A stretch of 41,485 bases of DNA from Actinomycetota bacterium (GTDB lineage: Bacteria > Actinomycetota > AC-67). The notes beneath the pieces were generated by a model. That model did not search any database, was not told the DNA's origin, and saw only the letters and a program-made list of their open reading frames with translations. Shown one piece after another: positions 30,033-37,361 of the stretch; position 1 is the stretch's first letter; the number at the start of each line of letters is the position of its first letter. The stretch covers positions 1-41,485 of the forward strand of contig DATFGK010000105.1 of NCBI GenBank assembly GCA_035249485.1, given 5' to 3'. The translations under genes and the position numbers were made by a program.

Positions 30033-30039
30033 TATTCTA
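30033..30039. promoter_or_regulatory. Overlapping face-to-face -10 candidates (minus TAGAAT, plus TATTCT) in the divergent spacer
   Basis: cctATTCTAc: the minus-strand TAGAAT ends 7 nt before the GTG start at 30026, which implies a leaderless mRNA. The plus-strand TATTCT could serve the methyltransferase/GH57 operon. Confidence 0.35.
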
Positions 30040-30112
30040 CGGACGGGCCGGGTCCGCGCTTGCCGCTCGGGAATGGCTCCTCGAGGGCCTGCCGACTACC
30101 ATTCCGAGCCCC

Positions 30113-30856
30113 GTGGACGACACCGCACCGGCATCCGACCTCATCCTCACCGGCGAAAGAACCCTCCCCGGCATCCCCGAGGAGAACTACTGGTTCCAGC
30201 GCCACGTGGTCGCCTACCGGCACGCGGCGGATCGCATCGCCGGGATGAACGTTCTCGACGCGGGCTGCGGTGAGGGGTACGGGTCGGCGATGCTCGCCGA
30301 ACACGCCGCGTCGGTCGTCGGCGTCGACCTTGAGCGCGACGTCATCGAGCACGCGGCCGAGCGCTACCCGAACGTTCGCTTCCAGACCGGCGACCTCGCC
30401 ACGCTCGGCTTCCCAGACGCATCGTTCGACGCCGTCGTGACGTTCCAGGTGATCGAGCACATGCAGAGCCCGCGCGGCTTCCTCACGGAGTGCGGGCGCG
30501 TGTTGCGGCCCGGCGGGCTGCTCGTGCTCTCGACGCCGAACCGGTTGACGTTCTCGCCGGCAGGCGTACGCAACCCGTTCCATACCGTCGAGTTCGCGCC
30601 GGCCGAGCTGCGTTCGGTTCTGGAAGACCGATTCGTGGTTCAGCTCCTTGGAGGGACGTTCCACCGGTGGCGGCTCGACCTCGTCGAGCGGATGATGCGC
30701 GCCAGTCTGCCCGAGCGGCTCATCTCGCAACCGGTACCCGAGTGGCCGGCGTGGCTCCGGCGCGTCGTCACGGCAGTTACGCCGCGCGACTTCGTGATCC
30801 GCGAGTCTCACGTCGAGCGTTCGCTCGATCTGATCGCCGTGGCCCGCCGGCGATAA
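30113..30856 (+). CDS. Class I SAM-dependent methyltransferase (Rv3030-like)
   Basis: MNVLDAGCGEGYGSAMLAEHAASVVGVDLE is SAM motif I and LRPGGLLVLSTPN is motif III. The start is uncertain: GTG at 30113 is the first plausible in-frame start past the divergent gene. It ends 10 nt before the GH57 gene. Confidence 0.78.
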   Translation: MDDTAPASDLILTGERTLPGIPEENYWFQRHVVAYRHAADRIAGMNVLDAGCGEGYGSAMLAEHAASVVGVDLERDVIEHAAERYPNVRFQTGDLATLGFPDASFDAVVTFQVIEHMQSPRGFLTECGRVLRPGGLLVLSTPNRLTFSPAGVRNPFHTVEFAPAELRSVLEDRFVVQLLGGTFHRWRLDLVERMMRASLPERLISQPVPEWPAWLRRVVTAVTPRDFVIRESHVERSLDLIAVARRR

Positions 30857-30866
30857 CGCCGAGCCG

Positions 30867-32405
30867 ATGGGCGTCTTCTCGCTCGTCCTCCACACCCATC
30901 TGCCGTACGTGCGGCGCAACGGCGTCTGGCCGTCGGGCGAGGACTTCTTCCACCAGGCGGCGACCGAGAGCTACCTGCCGATGCTGGAGACGATCGAACG
31001 GATCGCGGAGGGTCACGCGGACGGCCCCGCGCTGACGGTCGGCATCACGCCGCTGATCGCACACCAGATGGAAGACCCGTACATGCTCCGCGAGCTGACG
31101 CTGTACCTCGGACGCTACGACCTGCGGGCGCTGTGGCAGGTTGCCAACTACGACGGCGTCTACACCGAGGAGTTCAAGGACATCGCCGGCTTCTACGCGC
31201 GCTTCGCCCGACGCCAGCTCGCGCGCCTCGAGTCGCTGCCCGGCGGGATCGCCGGCGGGTTCGGAACGCTCGAGCGTGCCGGGGCGATCGAGATCGCCGG
31301 CGGCCCGGCGTCCCACCCGGTCCTGCCCGAGATCGGCGAGCCGGCGGTGATGCGCGCGCAGGTCTTCCACGGCATCGCCGAACACGAGCGTCACTTCGGC
31401 CACAAACCGAAGGCGATGTGGATGCCCGAGTGTGCCTACCGCCCGGCGCTCGGGATCGAGGAGCTGCTCGCCGAGGCGGGCATCACCCACGTCGTCGTGG
31501 ACGGCCCGACGATGCTCCGCTCGGACGGGCCCGGTGCGACGTTCGCGCCGCGTCGGATCGGAGCGACCGACGTCGCGGCGTTCTCGCGCAACCTCGACGT
31601 CACCTACCGCGTGTGGTCGCCGACCGGCGGGTACCCGGGCAACAAGTGGTACCGCGAGTACTTCGCGTACGACATGACCGCGGGCTTCAAGAACTGGCGC
31701 GTCACCTCGACGAAGACGCCGATCGCGGGCAAGAAGCCCTACGACCCGGCGCGCGCGATCGAGCGCACCGAGAAGGACGCCGCCGACTTCGTGCAGCTGC
31801 TCGACGACTCGCTGACGGCGCACGAGGAGCGCACCGGCTCCGAGGGAGTAGTCGTCGCCTGTTACGACACCGAGCTCTTCGGCCATTGGTGGTTCGAGGG
31901 GCCGACGTTCCTCCAGAACGTGTACGCGATGCTCGAGAACCATCCGCGCGTGCGCGCGATGTCGCTCGGCCGCGCGCTCGAGGCGGTCCCGCCCTCACGC
32001 AGCGTCGAGCTGCAGGAGGGCTCGTGGGGATTCCGCAAAGACCTCCGATCGTGGATCGCGCCGGAGACCGAGGAGATGTGGCGTCTGCTCGCCGAAGCCG
32101 AATCCGAGACGATCCGGATCGCGCGCAAGTACACCGACCCAGACGCCGCACAGGAGCGCGCACTCGCACAGCTCGTCCGCGAGCTGTTCCTGCTCCAGTC
32201 GAGCGACTGGCCGTTCATGGTCCTCCGCGGCAAGAACGCGGGCTACGCGCGCGAGCGGTTCGATGGACACCGTGAACGGTGGGGGCGGCTCGTCGAGGCG
32301 CTTCTCCGCAGGACGCCGGCGGGGCCGCTCGACCGCCTGACCGGCGAGCTTGCCGAGCTCGACAACGCGTTCCCGGAGCTCGGTTACAAGCTGTTGATCT
32401 CGTAG
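30867..32405 (+). CDS. GH57-family alpha-glucan branching enzyme (Rv3031-like)
   Basis: 512 aa, MGVFSLVLHTHLPYVRRNG.WP.GE...HPVLP...MWMPECAY...CYDTELFGHWWFEGP is the GH57 signature (HTHLPY, catalytic E in PECA, D in YDTELFGHWW). Confidence 0.9.
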   Translation: MGVFSLVLHTHLPYVRRNGVWPSGEDFFHQAATESYLPMLETIERIAEGHADGPALTVGITPLIAHQMEDPYMLRELTLYLGRYDLRALWQVANYDGVYTEEFKDIAGFYARFARRQLARLESLPGGIAGGFGTLERAGAIEIAGGPASHPVLPEIGEPAVMRAQVFHGIAEHERHFGHKPKAMWMPECAYRPALGIEELLAEAGITHVVVDGPTMLRSDGPGATFAPRRIGATDVAAFSRNLDVTYRVWSPTGGYPGNKWYREYFAYDMTAGFKNWRVTSTKTPIAGKKPYDPARAIERTEKDAADFVQLLDDSLTAHEERTGSEGVVVACYDTELFGHWWFEGPTFLQNVYAMLENHPRVRAMSLGRALEAVPPSRSVELQEGSWGFRKDLRSWIAPETEEMWRLLAEAESETIRIARKYTDPDAAQERALAQLVRELFLLQSSDWPFMVLRGKNAGYARERFDGHRERWGRLVEALLRRTPAGPLDRLTGELAELDNAFPELGYKLLIS

Positions 32406-33289
32406 GGCCGCGGCCACGGGTTCGGCTTGCAGGTCCGGTCGCCCGTGGTGAGACCCTTCGACTGCTGCATCATCACCGGCGCGTAGGCGCCGTCCTTCGG
32501 GCAGCCACGGTGGTGCTGGCCGAGCGTGTGGCCGACCTCGTGGTTGACGAGCATCTGCCGGTAGACGGGCACCGCTCCCGGCCAGTACTTCGAGCCGGTG
32601 AACCAGCGGTCCGAGTTGAACACGACCTCCCGGTAGCCGGCGCACGAGTAGTAGAAGTTCACGCTGAGCCCGATCAGCTGCATGCAACGCTTCTCCGCGG
32701 CGGCCGGCTTCCGGAGCCCGAGGAGCAGCGCCCCCTCGGGGTCGTACCGGAACCGAACCTCCCCGCTCGCGATCCAGGAGCGCTCGTCGCACAGGATCGA
32801 GAGCAGGTCCGACACGAATCTGGCCGGCGTGGTCGCGAGGCCGTCCTCGACGAGCACCCGGAACTTGATGAGCCTGGCGCCGGGACTGCCGCAGGTCTTG
32901 CTCGGCTGGGAGGGACCGCTGCTGGCCAGGAAGGACGGGGAGGCAGCCTTCTGGACCGGGATCTTGCTCGGTGCCGGGGACGGCGTGACGGACGCGAGCT
33001 GGGTCGGCGTCGCCGGCGCGGAGGGCGGGAGCAGCGCGACGGCCTGGTTCTGCGGCCTGCTCGCGTCGGCGAGAAGCGCGTTCCCGGCTCCCCCGCCGAA
33101 GCCGATCAGCAAACCGAACAGTGCGCCGAGATAGATCGGCCACCAACCCAACCGGAAACGACTCAGATCGAACCCCCCTGGAGCGAACCCGGAAAGGATA
33201 TTCAGGCGGGAGCCTTCGAGCGACTCGCCTGAACGATGCTGGAGTTTTGCCCGGTACCTGCCGCGCGTGACACGATGCCGCGAGTTCAA
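32384..33289 (-). CDS. Membrane-anchored HExxH zinc-metallopeptidase-like protein (DUF3152-like)
   Basis: TM anchor LGWWPIYLGALFGLLIGFGG, a Pro/Ser/Ala linker, then a C-terminal domain with MLVNHEVGHTLGQHH. There is no in-frame ATG, and the start is uncertain (TTG at 33289, or a downstream CTG/TTG). The 3' end overlaps the GH57 3' end by 22 nt. Confidence 0.65.
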   Translation of the reverse strand: MNSRHRVTRGRYRAKLQHRSGESLEGSRLNILSGFAPGGFDLSRFRLGWWPIYLGALFGLLIGFGGGAGNALLADASRPQNQAVALLPPSAPATPTQLASVTPSPAPSKIPVQKAASPSFLASSGPSQPSKTCGSPGARLIKFRVLVEDGLATTPARFVSDLLSILCDERSWIASGEVRFRYDPEGALLLGLRKPAAAEKRCMQLIGLSVNFYYSCAGYREVVFNSDRWFTGSKYWPGAVPVYRQMLVNHEVGHTLGQHHRGCPKDGAYAPVMMQQSKGLTTGDRTCKPNPWPRPYEINSL

Positions 33290-33300
33290 GGGGCCAGCTC

Positions 33301-34575
33301 ATGCGGATCCTCATCCTTTCGTGGGAGTACCCGCCGCGCATCGTCGGCGGCTTGGGGAAGCACGTCCATCGCCTCGCGACGGCCCTCGCCGACGCCGGAC
33401 ACACGATCCACGTGGTGACCCGAGACCATCCCGACGCCCCGGCCGAGGAGGTCGTCGACGGCGTCCACGTGGTGCGCGTCGGCGAGTACCCGCCGATCGT
33501 CCCGTTCGACGAGCTGATCCCCTGGGTGCTCCAGTTCAACGTGGGCGTGCTCGAGCGCGCGACGAAGATCCTGCTCGAGGAGGAGGTCGACCTCGTCCAC
33601 GCGCACGACTGGCTGGTCGCGTACGCAGCGGCGGGCGTGAAGAACCTGTTCGACGTGCCCCTTGTCTCAACGGTCCACGCAACGGAGTACGGTCGCCACC
33701 AGGGCTACCTGCCCGGCCCGATGAACAAGCTGATCCACCAGATCGAGTGGTGGCTCACCTACGAGTCCCGCCGCACGATCACGTGCTCGCGCTACATGCA
33801 CGACCAGATCGAAGAGATCTTCCAGCTGCCGCCCGAAAAGCTCGACGTGATCTCCAACGGCGTCGACCTCGAGGCGGTCCACAAGCCCGAGGGCGTCGAG
33901 GAGTTCCGCGCGAAGCTGCTCGACCCCGGCGACAAGATGATCTTCTTCGCCGGCCGGCTCGAGTACGAGAAGGGAGTGCAGACGATGCTCGACGCGCTCC
34001 CGCTCGTGAACGCGGAGGTTCCGGTCCGGTTCTTCGTCGCGGGCGTCGGCACGCACGAGCAGGCGTTGCGTGAGCACGTGGAGCGGGACGGGCTCGACGC
34101 GCACGTGGAGTTCCTCGGCTTCGTACCCGACGAGGAGCTGGCCATGTACTACGCGGCAGCCGACCTCGCGGTGGTGCCGTCGCTCTACGAGCCGTTCGGG
34201 ATGGTGGCGCTCGAGACGATGGCGGCCGGGACACCGTGCATCGCGGCCGACACGGGCGGCCTGCGCGAGCTCGTCGTGCACGACGCGACCGGGCTGCGGT
34301 TCTCGCCGGGCGACCCGGCGTCGCTCGCCGGGGCGATCCTGCGACTGCTGACCGACACGCGACTCGACCGCCGGCTCACGCTCGATGCGCGGCGGATGCT
34401 CAACGATCAGTTCTCCTGGCGCTCGATCGCGGACCGGACCGTCGACGTCTACAGACGAGCGATCGAGGAGGAGCGCAAGCTCCGCCGGACCCACCGCCGC
34501 GATGAGCGCGCACCGCTCCGGGTGATCCTCGGCCGGTCGGAGATCCTCGGATTCGCCGACGAAAGCGCTGGCTAG
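33301..34575 (+). CDS. GT4-family alpha-glucosyltransferase (Rv3032-like / glycogen-synthase-like)
   Basis: 424 aa, MRILILSWEYPPRIVGGLGKHVHRLA... and the EX7E region PSLYEPFGMVALETMAAGTPCIAADTGGLRELV. AAGGGG lies upstream of the ATG. Confidence 0.9.
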   Translation: MRILILSWEYPPRIVGGLGKHVHRLATALADAGHTIHVVTRDHPDAPAEEVVDGVHVVRVGEYPPIVPFDELIPWVLQFNVGVLERATKILLEEEVDLVHAHDWLVAYAAAGVKNLFDVPLVSTVHATEYGRHQGYLPGPMNKLIHQIEWWLTYESRRTITCSRYMHDQIEEIFQLPPEKLDVISNGVDLEAVHKPEGVEEFRAKLLDPGDKMIFFAGRLEYEKGVQTMLDALPLVNAEVPVRFFVAGVGTHEQALREHVERDGLDAHVEFLGFVPDEELAMYYAAADLAVVPSLYEPFGMVALETMAAGTPCIAADTGGLRELVVHDATGLRFSPGDPASLAGAILRLLTDTRLDRRLTLDARRMLNDQFSWRSIADRTVDVYRRAIEEERKLRRTHRRDERAPLRVILGRSEILGFADESAG

Positions 34576-34644
34576 GACCTCGATCGGAGATCCGGGACCC
34601 AAAGCTGCTCAAGCCGTGGCCGGGTTCGGGCGACAATCCCAAGG

Positions 34645-34800
34645 ATGATCGCTTTCCTCGCCGGCTTGTGCCTGAAGGGCGACGGCAACGTCTGTCCGCC
34701 GGGCAGCACCGAGATCCCCGCGATCTACGCGCTCTCGGGAGGCTTCCTCTTCCTCGCGGTGCTCGGCTTCGCGTGGCTCGGCTACCGCAGCAAGCGCTGA
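34645..34800 (+). CDS. Candidate 51-aa small membrane peptide (not in the ORF track)
   Basis: MIAFLAGLCLKGDGNVCPPGSTEIPAIYALSGGFLFLAVLGFAWLGYRSKR. Third codon positions are almost all G/C, as in genuine genes here. It has one clear TM helix with a basic anchor. The RBS is poor (aagg abuts the ATG). Confidence 0.35.
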   Translation: MIAFLAGLCLKGDGNVCPPGSTEIPAIYALSGGFLFLAVLGFAWLGYRSKR

Positions 34801-34803
34801 ACC

Positions 34804-35490
34804 CTAGAACCGATAGCCGAACCGCTCCAGGTCCGGACGGAAGACCTGCTCAACGATCTTCCGCGCCTCGTCCGTGTAGTACGAGCGATAGTCGGCCGCG
34901 CGCGGCGTGGGGTTGATGTTGGCGAGCTCCATCCCCGTCGGCGCCCCGATCTTGGCGAGCACCTCGTCGAGGTCCTCGTGCAGCCGTTCGAAACGCATGA
35001 TGTGATCGACCCGCTTCAGGTAGCGCTCGTACATGTGCCGCGGACGGACCGCCCTCAACCGCTCCATCCGCCCGCCGGGCAGGTAGCGGTCCTTCACCCA
35101 GTCGCTGAACGAGAGGTCCGCGGCTCGCCGCACGTCTTCGAGCGCGCCGGGCTTCTTGTGCAGGAACGAGTTCGGGTCGTCGACGAGCTTGGAATACGTC
35201 GTCTGGGTCTTGACGAACAGGGAGACCAATGAGTCGAACGGGTTCCGGACCGCGCATACCTTGAACAGGGCCGCGATGTCCTGCGCGGAGACCAGCCCGT
35301 AATAGAGGAGGTCGGGGATCGTGCTGTGCTTCGAGTCGACGAGCAGCTTCCCGTCGTCGTCGAGGATGTCCTTCCAGGGAACGCGGGTTCCCTCGAGATG
35401 AGGCACGATCACGCCGTACGCGATCGAGGTACACCCGGTGCGCGGCGACATCACGAACAGGAACCGATACGGGTGCGAGATGAACGCCAT
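34804..35490 (-). CDS. Carbohydrate-type sulfotransferase (Sulfotransfer_2/3-like)
   Basis: 228 aa. FVMSPRTGCTSIAY resembles the 5'-phosphosulfate-binding loop (P-[KR]-T-G-[ST]-T-S). AVRNPFDSLVSLF resembles the 3'-phosphate-binding R-[DN]-P-x-x-R-x-x-S motif. The start was moved to the ATG at 35490. Confidence 0.78.
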   Translation of the reverse strand: MAFISHPYRFLFVMSPRTGCTSIAYGVIVPHLEGTRVPWKDILDDDGKLLVDSKHSTIPDLLYYGLVSAQDIAALFKVCAVRNPFDSLVSLFVKTQTTYSKLVDDPNSFLHKKPGALEDVRRAADLSFSDWVKDRYLPGGRMERLRAVRPRHMYERYLKRVDHIMRFERLHEDLDEVLAKIGAPTGMELANINPTPRAADYRSYYTDEARKIVEQVFRPDLERFGYRF

Positions 35491-35498
35491 CGCGCGCC

Positions 35499-36236
35499 CT
35501 AGGTTCCCCTCTGTACGGCCGCCCCGCGGGACTTGAGCACCCGCGCCGGCACTCCGCCGACGATCGACCGCGGCGGCACGTCGCGGTTGACGAGCGCGTG
35601 CGACGCGATCACCGAGCCTTCCCCGACCGTGACGCCGCGCAGGATCGTCGACTTCTCGCCGATCCAGCAATCGCGTCCGACGACCACGGGCGACTTCACG
35701 ATCCCTTGCTTCTTGATCGTGACGTTGAGGTCGTCGTACTTGTGGTCGAAGTCGCAGACGTAGATCCAGTCCGCGAAGATGCAGTCGTCCCCGATGTCGA
35801 TGTCGAGATAGCAGTTGATCGTGTTCTTTGCTCCGAACACGACCTTGTTTCCGATCCGCAGATTCCCTTCGTGGCATCGGATCGCGTTGCCCTTCCCGAT
35901 CCACACCCACCGTCCGAGGGTCAGTCGCCCGTAGCCGCGTCGCGCGTACACCTCGACCTTCGGTCCGAGAAACACGAACCCTTCCGTCTTGATGTGGGGG
36001 TGGGTGACCTTGAACCTCAGGAAGCGGATCCCGAGGACCCAGTAGCGCCAGGTATACAGGCGATGGCTCCAGATGAATCGAAGCGTCCGCCCGACGCGGA
36101 CCGGGAAAGACCGCGCGACCGGTGGCGGAGGAGGGACGGGCGCCAGCTCGGGCCCGCGGCTCGCCACGACGGCGTCGGCTTCGGGCACGACCGGCTCGTC
36201 GCCGGCGCCGGTATGGAAGGGCCTGGGATCCTCCAT
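35499..36236 (-). CDS. Left-handed beta-helix (hexapeptide-repeat) acyl/acetyltransferase (Rv3034c-like)
   Basis: IGNKVVFGAKNTINCYLDIDIGDDCIFADWIYVCDFDH...VVVGRDCWIGEKSTILRGVTVGEGSVIASHALVNRDVPPRSIVGGVPARVL are hexapeptide repeats. ATG at 36236 is 11 nt after the upstream stop. Confidence 0.8.
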   Translation of the reverse strand: MEDPRPFHTGAGDEPVVPEADAVVASRGPELAPVPPPPPVARSFPVRVGRTLRFIWSHRLYTWRYWVLGIRFLRFKVTHPHIKTEGFVFLGPKVEVYARRGYGRLTLGRWVWIGKGNAIRCHEGNLRIGNKVVFGAKNTINCYLDIDIGDDCIFADWIYVCDFDHKYDDLNVTIKKQGIVKSPVVVGRDCWIGEKSTILRGVTVGEGSVIASHALVNRDVPPRSIVGGVPARVLKSRGAAVQRGT

Positions 36237-36247
36237 CGGGTGCGAGC

Positions 36248-37201
36248 CTACCGCTCGGCCGACGGCTTCTCCGCGTAGAAGAGCAGGTTGTAGAAAAGGG
36301 GCTTCGGGACGAGCCGGCGCGTGATCGTGTCGTCCATCCGGTAAAGCCGGAGATAATTCCTGTACGCCCACCACGCCCACTTCTCGCCGAGCAGCCCCGG
36401 AGCCGAGAGCGCCTCGATCGTCCTCACGCTCCAGCCGAAGAACCCGGAGATGAACTCCTCGGTGCGGATCCGCAGCGGCCCGAACCCCGTGTCTTGGAGC
36501 CAGCGCTCGACCATGTGGGGGTGGAACTCGTGCAGGTCGACGTGCTTCTCGAGCGCTGCGGCGGGGTCATCGTGCCCCGTGACGCTTCGATCGGGGTTGA
36601 GCAGTCCTGGGCGCACGCGCCCGACGGCCTTGAACGCCGTCGCGGTCGCCCGGCGCGCCAGCTTGTTGACCGCGTGACCTATCCGGGTCGGCTCCCCGGC
36701 GATCACCAGCGCGCCTCCCGGCTTGAGCACCCGATAGCACTCGGCGAGCGCCGCCGGCACGTCGGGCACGTGGTGGAGCACCGCGTGACCAACCACCAGA
36801 TCGAAGGTCCCCGTTTTGTACGGGAGCGTCTCCGCGTCGGCCGCGCGCCCCTCGAGGTTCTTCAAGCCGACGAGCCGCGCGTTCCGCTGACACACCTCGA
36901 CCATCCCCGGCGAGATGTCGGTGGCGAACGCCTGCCGCACCAACCCTGCCTGCCACAGGTTGACGATGAAGAAGCCGGTGCCGCACCCGATCTCGAGGAC
37001 CTTCCCGTACTTCCGTTCGGGCGCGACCTTGGTGAACTTCTCCTTCGCGTAGGAGATGCAGCGCTCGTCGAACGAGATCGACCATTTGTCGTCGTACTGG
37101 GTCGCCTCCCAGTCGTGGTAGAGGATGTTTCGTGTCTTGGCGTCGAGCTCCGTCAGCTCTCCGTCGTCCACGGAGGGGAGGGAGGTAGGGGCCGTCGTCA
37201 T
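36248..37201 (-). CDS. Class I SAM-dependent methyltransferase (Rv3037c-like)
   Basis: 317 aa. KVLEIGCGTGFFIVNLWQAG is motif I, followed by LKPGGALVIAGEP. The extended C-terminal domain is typical of the long actinobacterial methyltransferases in this locus. Confidence 0.85.
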   Translation of the reverse strand: MTTAPTSLPSVDDGELTELDAKTRNILYHDWEATQYDDKWSISFDERCISYAKEKFTKVAPERKYGKVLEIGCGTGFFIVNLWQAGLVRQAFATDISPGMVEVCQRNARLVGLKNLEGRAADAETLPYKTGTFDLVVGHAVLHHVPDVPAALAECYRVLKPGGALVIAGEPTRIGHAVNKLARRATATAFKAVGRVRPGLLNPDRSVTGHDDPAAALEKHVDLHEFHPHMVERWLQDTGFGPLRIRTEEFISGFFGWSVRTIEALSAPGLLGEKWAWWAYRNYLRLYRMDDTITRRLVPKPLFYNLLFYAEKPSAER

Positions 37202-37361
37202 CGGTCTCAGGATTCAACATGCCGCCCCGGTGAGCAAACCAGCCACTAGGGGCAACGGAGGGCAGACGGGGCAGGTGACTTCAATCTGGACACCTCGGAC
37301 CGAACGCCGTTAGTATTCGCCGAACGCTTTCCGTAGCAGTTCGAGCCTCAGGGGGTACGGG

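Noticed and set aside
34668-34916. 82-aa plus-strand ORF in the GT4/sulfotransferase spacer.
   Set aside because: The translation, MPEGRRQRLSAGQHRDPRDLRALGRLPLPRGARL..., is Arg/Pro shadow sequence and runs into the convergent sulfotransferase gene. The 51-codon ORF in another frame (34645-34800) has far better coding properties.
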